NCBI GenBank assembly: GCA_965267575.1 | Contig: OZ254086.1 | Coordinates: forward strand, 2,560,001-2,624,000 | DNA from: Calditrichales bacterium | Lineage (GTDB): Bacteria; Calditrichota; Calditrichia; Calditrichales; J004 | Direction of reading: 5' to 3' | DNA: 64,000 nucleotides | Position numbers and translations under genes: made by a program | Shown: piece by piece, positions 57,205 through 64,000 of the stretch | Layout of the letters: each line of letters opens with the position of its first letter | How positions within the stretch are numbered: position 1 is the stretch's first letter | Notes under the pieces: generated by a model | Seen by the model: the letters and a program-made list of their open reading frames with translations, nothing else | What the model was told of the DNA's origin: nothing | Database searches by the model: none

Positions 57205-57819
57205 TTAAGGTTTTTTATCATAACGCAGGCGGTAAAGACTGTCAAAAATCTCACCGTCATCATGGTAAAGCATGGTGGCGGCCTTAAGCGATGTTCTGCC
57301 GTTATGCGTAAGTACGGTGCGCGCTTCATGGTGCGACCCTTGCAGGTCGCTAAGGAAAGCGCCATCCGGGTGCAGGATGGCAATATGGCCGTTGCAGCAG
57401 CAGATATATGATGTGTTTTCATCCAAAGCCGCTGCAAAAAATATGGTACCGCGGATTGCGGCTACGGCGTTGGCTGTGCGCACGCGATAAGCTCCGGGTT
57501 TTTCCAGCAGGCTGAGCACCTTTCCGTGCAACAGGTTTATCTCCGGCCGGCCGCTGCTGTCAGTAATAATAATAGTGCTCTCCTCGCGAACACGCACCGA
57601 AATCTGTCCCTGTCTTGAAATTTCAGCGATCGACTCAGCACCTGTTTCGATACGGTCACCGTCTGCTATGGTTTGGCCTAACGATGCTTTTTGTCCGTTT
57701 AAAAAAACTTGTCCCAGGATATAGTGCATCCTGAGAGGTTCGATTGCTTTTTCTTGTTTGCAGCCCGCGATGAGCAGCAGGCAGATTGCCGTAAGTGTCG
57801 TAGTCTTAATCAGGTTCAT
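57205..57819 (-). CDS. FecR-domain lipoprotein
   Basis: Lipobox IAGC; GDRIETGAES, VRTANAVAAIRGT. Confidence 0.75.
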   Translation of the reverse strand: MNLIKTTTLTAICLLLIAGCKQEKAIEPLRMHYILGQVFLNGQKASLGQTIADGDRIETGAESIAEISRQGQISVRVREESTIIITDSSGRPEINLLHGKVLSLLEKPGAYRVRTANAVAAIRGTIFFAAALDENTSYICCCNGHIAILHPDGAFLSDLQGSHHEARTVLTHNGRTSLKAATMLYHDDGEIFDSLYRLRYDKKP

Positions 57820-58792
57820 TTTTGAGGTCCATGAAGTTGGAGTAAAGCTTGCTGTATTCGGTCTGATAGCGGATCAGTTCGAGTTCGGATTCGTGGATTG
57901 CGCCCATGTAATCGGGTATTTGGTCAACACCGTTGCCGATATTTCCGGCGAGGTCTTTTAACAGGTGCGGTATCGAAGCCAGAATATCGTTGGCCATGGT
58001 GGCGTCGTTTTCCACAATGCGCCTGAAAAACTGCCGGTACAGGTTGATTTTATACTGCTTATTCCAAGAACAAAATACATCCGCAGCAAGCCCGCCGAGA
58101 TAGCTGTATTCAATTATCTCGCGATACGGGTCGGGGAAATTCTTTTTGTAAACCAGACGTAGATTGTTTTGGTACTTGATCGCCATTATTACCGTTTTGG
58201 GCATGTTCCAGCGCTCAGCGACGATCGTACCCGCTTGCGAGTTTAATATCTTGATATGCTGCTTTTCAACATAGGGCAGCTCAAGGCCTTTTTCGCGTGC
58301 TTCCTTTATGATATCCAGGTAGCTGTCACCCATATAGCGCATAAAAATAAACATCCCGATATTTTGAAGCAGGGCGCCCAAAAAGGCCTCACTGCTCCAA
58401 CGGCAATTTTTAAGTTCAGCGATCAGGTCCGTGGCAACGGCGGCGCACAGGGACCTTTTAAAAAGATCGCTGTATTGATCTGCGTGCTTTTTTGGAAAAA
58501 GGTCGGCCATGGCCAGCGTAAAAGCGATATTGCGCAGTGATTTGATCCCGAGAATAGAAACCGCCTGCTTGATGTTTGTAACGGGGGATTTGAATTTGTA
58601 CATGGCTGAATTGACAATTTTTAGAACGCGCGCGCTCATCGATGCGTCGCTCTCGATGATCTTTGACACGGCGTACAAAGACACATCGGGGTCTGAGGCC
58701 ATCTTGAAGAGTTTTACAACGTTGCCGGGAAGGGCGGGAAAGTCTTCTGCGGTTTCGATGATTTTCAGAATATCCGGTTCATGTTTTTCCAT
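57806..58792 (-). CDS. HDOD domain protein
   Basis: FPALP, IESDASMSARVLKIVNSA, AVSILG, AFLGALLQNIG, ERWNMP. Confidence 0.88.
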   Translation of the reverse strand: MEKHEPDILKIIETAEDFPALPGNVVKLFKMASDPDVSLYAVSKIIESDASMSARVLKIVNSAMYKFKSPVTNIKQAVSILGIKSLRNIAFTLAMADLFPKKHADQYSDLFKRSLCAAVATDLIAELKNCRWSSEAFLGALLQNIGMFIFMRYMGDSYLDIIKEAREKGLELPYVEKQHIKILNSQAGTIVAERWNMPKTVIMAIKYQNNLRLVYKKNFPDPYREIIEYSYLGGLAADVFCSWNKQYKINLYRQFFRRIVENDATMANDILASIPHLLKDLAGNIGNGVDQIPDYMGAIHESELELIRYQTEYSKLYSNFMDLKNEPD

Positions 58793-58921
58793 GGAAAGAC
58801 CATTTATATTCGAGATATATAAATCGAACCAAACAGCGTTAACTTAATGCCGCGTTTATTTTTATTTGCTCTTTTCCGCTATGGCCTAAAATCCTAAATT
58901 GCATGATTTACAAATTGCGGA

Positions 58922-59926
58922 GTGTCTCTTTTGGTCATCACAGAAACCCTTTTGTTTTTTGTCGGGCTTTTTCTCCTTTATGTTGGCGCGGAGCTGCTTG
59001 TGCGCGGGTCTTCCCGTATCGCCCTGCTAATGCAGATACCGCCGATAGTCGTCGGTTTAACCGTGGTAGCCTTCGGTACCTCATCGCCGGAATTTATCGT
59101 CAGCTTTTTTGCCGCATACAGTGGCAATATAGAAATCGCCATGGGCAATATCGTTGGCAGCAACATCGCCAATATCGGACTTGTTCTTGGCTTTTCGGCG
59201 CTGCTGCGTCCCATTGCCGGAATGGGCGGCAACGTGCGTAAGGAGATGTATTGGCTGGCGGTGGTTTCCATTGTTTTCTGGCTGTTTGCGTTTAACGGCG
59301 TCATCGGTCATTTAGAAGGTGTGCTTCTTTTTGCGGGTATTATCGCCTTTACCGGTATCTTGATCCGGCTGAGTCTGCAAAACCGCACCCTGGCAAAACA
59401 AAGCGGGGTTGTGGATGATATTCCCGATGTGAACACCGGCATGCAATGGCTGGATAAACGCAGCCGTCCGCAAAAGCTTGCAATTTTTGGATTGTATACA
59501 ATTCTGGGTATCGCTGTTTTGGCTGTCGGTTCGCGCATAACCATAGACGCATCTGTTACCATTGCCAATATTCTCGGCGTTCCGCAGGTTATTATCGGCC
59601 TTACGATGGTTGCCTTCGGGACTTCGCTGCCGGAGCTGGCCACTGCCATCATCTCCGTTGTAAAAAAGGAAAACGAGATCCTCGTCGGAAATGTCATCGG
59701 TAGCAACCTTTTTAACATAATGGCGGTGGCGGGTCCCATTGCGGCCGTATTTCCGATACCTTTGGATGAGCACATGAAACTTTTTGATTTTCCCCTGATG
59801 CTGCTGTTTACCTTTTTCCTGATCGTCATTCTGGTCTGGCGGCGCGGGGTTGAACGCTGGTCGGCATTTATTATGAGTGCCGGTTATGTTGCCTATATCG
59901 CCTGGGTGGCAGGCTTTTTGGGCTAA
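58922..59926 (+). CDS. Calcium/sodium antiporter (YrbG/CaCA family)
   Basis: Two alpha repeats GLTVVAFGTSSPE / GLTMVAFGTSLPE, GNIVGSN / GNVIGSN; exact start uncertain. Confidence 0.9.
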   Translation: MSLLVITETLLFFVGLFLLYVGAELLVRGSSRIALLMQIPPIVVGLTVVAFGTSSPEFIVSFFAAYSGNIEIAMGNIVGSNIANIGLVLGFSALLRPIAGMGGNVRKEMYWLAVVSIVFWLFAFNGVIGHLEGVLLFAGIIAFTGILIRLSLQNRTLAKQSGVVDDIPDVNTGMQWLDKRSRPQKLAIFGLYTILGIAVLAVGSRITIDASVTIANILGVPQVIIGLTMVAFGTSLPELATAIISVVKKENEILVGNVIGSNLFNIMAVAGPIAAVFPIPLDEHMKLFDFPLMLLFTFFLIVILVWRRGVERWSAFIMSAGYVAYIAWVAGFLG

Positions 59927-60028
59927 CTGCAATTTTTATGTTTTAAATCCTGTCTAATCGGGTTGGGGGTAACTCTTGTTAATTTTTGGCGTAAGAGGCA
60001 GCTTAATGTGAACGCGAAGCCTGCACCT

Positions 60029-60934
60029 ATGAAAATAGAAATCAACGGACTTTCCAAAATTTACGGCAAGGATTTTTACGCCCTGCGCGAGATCGATCTC
60101 GAGATAGGCGAAGGGTTGTTTGGTCTGCTCGGCCCCAACGGCGCCGGCAAATCCACGTTAATGCAAATCCTTGTCACCTTGATGAAGCCGACACACGGTG
60201 AAGTGCGTATAGCCGGACATGATCTGTTCCGTAACCGCGCCGCCATCCGCGCACTAACCGGTTACCTGCCCCAGGACTTCAGCACATTTCCGAAAATAAA
60301 TACATCGGAGTTTCTGGATTATTGCGCCCGTTTGTCCGGTGTGGAGCCGGCCTCCAAGAGGAGCGAACGTGTCGATGAGATGCTGCGCCGGGTTGGCCTT
60401 TTCGAGGCGCGCGATCGCCTGGCAAGCAAGCTTTCCGGCGGAATGAAGCGGCGTGTCGGTATAGCCCAGGCCCTGATCGGCGATCCCCGTATTCTGATCG
60501 TAGATGAGCCGACCACCGGCCTGGACCCGGAAGAACGCATCCGTTTCCGCAACCTGATGACCGACATGTCGCGCGAAGGGCGGATAATCATTTTATCCAC
60601 GCATATCGTGGGCGACATTTCCAGCACCTGCTCGGATATGGCTTTGCTAAACCACGGCCGCCTGGCCTTTAAAGGCTCGCCCGAAGAGCTGATAGCGCAG
60701 GCGCGTCCTTACACCTTCCGGGTGCAAACCGACGATGCCGGTCTCGAGGAGTTGAAACAAAACCACATTGTCACTTCCACGGTACCCGCCGTTGAAGGCT
60801 GGCTGGTCGACGTGATCTCCCGCGAGACGCCGCCCGGTACCTTGATGCCGCTGGAACCCAACCTGGAACATGCCTACGTCTGCTTCATGGAATTGGAGGC
60901 CGGAGAGACCGTGCTGGAGGAGCTGCGCCAATGA
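60029..60934 (+). CDS. ABC transporter ATP-binding protein
   Basis: GPNGAGKS, LSGGMKRR, IVDEPTTGLDPEERIRFR, LSTH. Confidence 0.9.
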   Translation: MKIEINGLSKIYGKDFYALREIDLEIGEGLFGLLGPNGAGKSTLMQILVTLMKPTHGEVRIAGHDLFRNRAAIRALTGYLPQDFSTFPKINTSEFLDYCARLSGVEPASKRSERVDEMLRRVGLFEARDRLASKLSGGMKRRVGIAQALIGDPRILIVDEPTTGLDPEERIRFRNLMTDMSREGRIIILSTHIVGDISSTCSDMALLNHGRLAFKGSPEELIAQARPYTFRVQTDDAGLEELKQNHIVTSTVPAVEGWLVDVISRETPPGTLMPLEPNLEHAYVCFMELEAGETVLEELRQ

Positions 60935-63900
60935 GTTTTTTTAAGCATATCGCCATTAACGCCGGCTACGAAACACGCATCCTTCTGCGCAGCTGGTTTT
61001 TCCGGATTTTCTCCATCCTTGCGCTGCTGAGCCTGATAACCACCAATATTATTTTTTACAGCGATGTGGCGCCCGTGCCCCGTTTTATGCGCGGGCTGGA
61101 CAGCATGATGCCCTATGCCACCGTTTATATGCTCAACTTTGTACTGATGGCGCTGGCCGTTTTCCTGGCAACGGATATCTGCAAACGTGACCGTAAATTC
61201 AATTCATCCACGGTTATTTTTGCCCGCAGTCTTTCCAATGCCGCGCTGATCCTGGGCCGGGCGGCGGGTTTGCTGCTGGTCTTTTTCGGGCTGCAAATAA
61301 TAGCATTACTGATCGCCTTACTGATAAACGGACCTTTCTCCAACCTTGAAATAAACTGGCTGGCCTACCTTTTTTACCCGCTGGTTCTTTCGCTTCCGGC
61401 GCTGCTCGTTGCCATCGGTCTATCGTTTGTGCTGATGCAAATTATCCCCAACCAGGCCATTGTGGTCATTATTGCGCTGGGCATACTCGGCGGAACCGGT
61501 TTTTACTTGTATGATGCGCAATACCAGCTGTTTGATATTCCGGCCATCTATTTTCCGCTTTTGATATCTGATTTTGCCGGCCTTGGCCACGGATGGCAAA
61601 TTCTTTTGCAGCGCGGTTTGTGGCTGTTGTTTGGCCTGTGGTGCCTGGCCCTTAGCATCTTGTTCTTTCGCCGTTTGCCGCAGGCCGTCATAACACGGCG
61701 GTTGATTGTTTTACTGGCGGTGGTTGCGCCGCTGCTTATGGCCTGGGGCGGCTACAGCTACATTCGCTGGCACGCGGACGGCGAAAAGATGCGCGACGCG
61801 CTGGCCGGACAGCTTAAAGCTCTGGAGCAAAAAGACAATCTGACCCTTACAAAATATGACCTCAATGTGCTGCACGAAGGCAATAATGTGCGTGTCGAAG
61901 CGGCATTGACACTAACCAATGATCACGTTCGCGCGCTGGATACGCTTTTTCTCCTGCTTAATCCCGGCATGCAACTGGACTCTTTTCCGCAAGCTTTGGA
62001 CGTCCACCGTGACGGGGCCCTGCTCACCGTAACGCGTCCGGGTTCCGGCTGGGCCGCGGGAGACTCGCAGCGCATCGAAATGAGCTACGCCGGCCGGCCC
62101 GAAGAGCGCATCCTCTACCCGTTTGTAAAGGAAGCAGATCGCCTGTACAATACACATATCTGGTTTTTCCGCATGACGCGTCAGCATCTTTTTGCCGCCC
62201 GTGATTACCTGCTGCTTACGGCGCCATCCCTGTGGTACCCGCAGACACAATCGCCCTATTTACGGGAAATGCTGATTAAGCCGGCACACTTTTCACTGAC
62301 AGTACAAACCGATCCTGAGCTTACTGTAATCGCGCCCGGCCGGGCCGATTCACTTGCTGTGGGTAAAACCGCGTTTCGCGATATTCCCCCGGCCAAATCT
62401 TTGCCGCTGGTCGCCGGGCGCTACGTTAAGCATAGCGTGGAAACCAAAAGGGGAGAGGTGCAGCTCTACCATCATCCGCGGCATACTTATTACAAACCCT
62501 ATTTCAACGAAATCGGCGACACGCTCGGCCCCGTACTGGACGGTCTGTTTGACGAAATGGAAACGCGCCTGCAATTGAATTATCCATACGAGCGGCTAAC
62601 GATTGTCGAAACGCCGCTGATGTATTATGACTACCCGCGGCATGGTATGGACAACCCCGATATGCGTCATCCGGAACAGCTGTGGTTGCCCGAAAACGGT
62701 GCCAGCATCCCGGCGACCTACTTTAAAAACCAGCGCGAGCGTCAGGACCGGCGCGGACGCTGGACAAACGAAACATTGACAGACAAAGAGGCGCAGATCG
62801 ACCTGTTTAAGCGCTTTGTGCTACCCACGTTTATGGGCGGCCGTTCCTGGGGCTTTGGCGGAGATGATGATCTAATAGGCAATATGCCGGATCTGAACGC
62901 GTGGCCGCTGTTTTTCAGCAAGGTGGTCACGCTGGGAGGAGACGGTCGCCAGCTTGCCGTCGCTTTTGAATCGTACCTGCAGCTTGAGGCCGATGAAAGC
63001 GAAGGCACAAGCCGCTGGTGGCGCGGTGGCCTCACCAAGGCAGAGGAAGCCAATCTTGCCTTGCAGCAAAAAACACTGCAGGAGTGGCTGGCAACCGGCG
63101 GCGAAACTACTGATCTGGTCCAAAGCCACCTGGGTAATTTTTTAATCGAGGCTATGCAGGAAGCGCTTGGGGATGAGGAGTTTAAAACGCTTGTGCGCTC
63201 TCTGGCCGGGGAGCGTCGCTTTAAAGTGGTGGATAGTGACAGCCTTGCTAAGCGCGTGCTGCAAACATACGGCTTCGATCTGGCCGCCGAAGTAGAACGT
63301 CTGCGTACACAGCGGCAACTTCCGGGATTTTTGTTCGCCGGTTTCGACGCTTATCCTGTTCGTGACGAGCGCCATATACGTTACCAGGTGCAGTTTGATG
63401 TATATAACCCGACGGACGTTGACGGGTTGATAGAGGTGCAGGTACGAAGCAGCGGCCCTGGCAGGGGGCGTCGCGGTGGCGATGATGATGAACTGCCGAC
63501 CCGTCTCTACCGCGTAAACGCGGGACAGGCCCTGCAGATCGGCTGGGTAAGCGACGAGCAGCCCTCCGGTGTAAATATCAATGCCTTGCTGTCGCAGAAT
63601 CTCCCGCTGGAATATGACGTACGCCTGGATACTGAAGAAGACCGCAGACCTGCCACGCGATCGTTTGACGGTGTCCAGCCGGTAGACTGGTTTGAGCGCC
63701 GCCGGGATGAGGAGGGTATCGTCGTGGATAATGTATCGGAAATGTTCAAACATTCGATCATGCGCCACGAAAGCCCTTTAAAGCGCTGGATTCACGGCGA
63801 GCCCGAGGATGACCCCAACGATTACGATTATTTCCGCTGGTGGTACGGGCCATCGCAGTGGAAGCGTTTGAAGTTTCCTTCTTTTTACGGGCAGTTTGTA

Positions 63901-64000
63901 CACAGCGCCTATTATACACGGGCGGGCAGCGGCGAACGCGATGTTTCCTGGATTGCCGAACTGCCTGAGAGCGGCTGGTACCAGGTTTATATCCACGTGC
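60931..64000 (+). CDS. Large ABC-2-type permease with an extracytoplasmic domain (partial, runs off the window; not in the ORF track)
   Basis: ATGA-coupled start MSFFKHIAINAGYETRILLRSWFFRIF; several TM helices, then a soluble region; the frame reads through to ..SWIAELPESGWYQVYIHV at the window end. Confidence 0.8.
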   Translation, partial: MSFFKHIAINAGYETRILLRSWFFRIFSILALLSLITTNIIFYSDVAPVPRFMRGLDSMMPYATVYMLNFVLMALAVFLATDICKRDRKFNSSTVIFARSLSNAALILGRAAGLLLVFFGLQIIALLIALLINGPFSNLEINWLAYLFYPLVLSLPALLVAIGLSFVLMQIIPNQAIVVIIALGILGGTGFYLYDAQYQLFDIPAIYFPLLISDFAGLGHGWQILLQRGLWLLFGLWCLALSILFFRRLPQAVITRRLIVLLAVVAPLLMAWGGYSYIRWHADGEKMRDALAGQLKALEQKDNLTLTKYDLNVLHEGNNVRVEAALTLTNDHVRALDTLFLLLNPGMQLDSFPQALDVHRDGALLTVTRPGSGWAAGDSQRIEMSYAGRPEERILYPFVKEADRLYNTHIWFFRMTRQHLFAARDYLLLTAPSLWYPQTQSPYLREMLIKPAHFSLTVQTDPELTVIAPGRADSLAVGKTAFRDIPPAKSLPLVAGRYVKHSVETKRGEVQLYHHPRHTYYKPYFNEIGDTLGPVLDGLFDEMETRLQLNYPYERLTIVETPLMYYDYPRHGMDNPDMRHPEQLWLPENGASIPATYFKNQRERQDRRGRWTNETLTDKEAQIDLFKRFVLPTFMGGRSWGFGGDDDLIGNMPDLNAWPLFFSKVVTLGGDGRQLAVAFESYLQLEADESEGTSRWWRGGLTKAEEANLALQQKTLQEWLATGGETTDLVQSHLGNFLIEAMQEALGDEEFKTLVRSLAGERRFKVVDSDSLAKRVLQTYGFDLAAEVERLRTQRQLPGFLFAGFDAYPVRDERHIRYQVQFDVYNPTDVDGLIEVQVRSSGPGRGRRGGDDDELPTRLYRVNAGQALQIGWVSDEQPSGVNINALLSQNLPLEYDVRLDTEEDRRPATRSFDGVQPVDWFERRRDEEGIVVDNVSEMFKHSIMRHESPLKRWIHGEPEDDPNDYDYFRWWYGPSQWKRLKFPSFYGQFVHSAYYTRAGSGERDVSWIAELPESGWYQVYIHV

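Overview
Bacterial chromosomal window. The gene style (FCB-type C-terminal secretion domain, clade II nosZ, many lipoproteins) suggests Calditrichota or a related FCB lineage; this is inference only. Left part: REP-like palindrome clusters, an AT-rich four-gene island of secreted proteins (1.1-7.3 kb), a copper TonB receptor with a YtkA/FixH-like partner, a clade II nos cluster (Rrf2, cytochrome c, nosZ, nosB/L fusion, nosD, nosF, nosY) with a palindromic operator, an aldo/keto reductase, and argBCJ. The centre (23.1-44.2 kb) is the standout, a putative peptide-signalling system. Five tandem transcription units each carry a paired GGCTGAWWTCAGCC enhancer, an A-rich element and a sigma-54 -24/-12 promoter. 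They encode eight divergent ZU5-like lipoproteins that all end in the autoproteolysis-type motif HF|S followed by one of two near-invariant nonapeptides (SRYAIGTEY or SRY[A/V]MAYGW). Two 44-aa ORFs missing from the ORF track end in the same peptides without the ZU5 body (SRYSIGTEY, ARYLMAYGF). Directly downstream lie two paralogous AAA/STAND-TPR proteins (one with a Ser/Thr kinase), a sensor-less histidine kinase, Zn-ribbon-TPR and Zn-ribbon-FHA proteins, a complete Opp/Dpp peptide importer, and a sigma-54 activator with no sensor domain. Right part: outer-membrane and secreted proteins, a TlpA-like redoxin, Ada-like methyltransferase, an octaheme HAO-like cytochrome with a membrane partner, SRPBCC, FecR, HDOD, a Ca/Na antiporter and an ABC exporter truncated by the window end. 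No rRNA, tRNA, CRISPR array, integrase or transposase was recognised.
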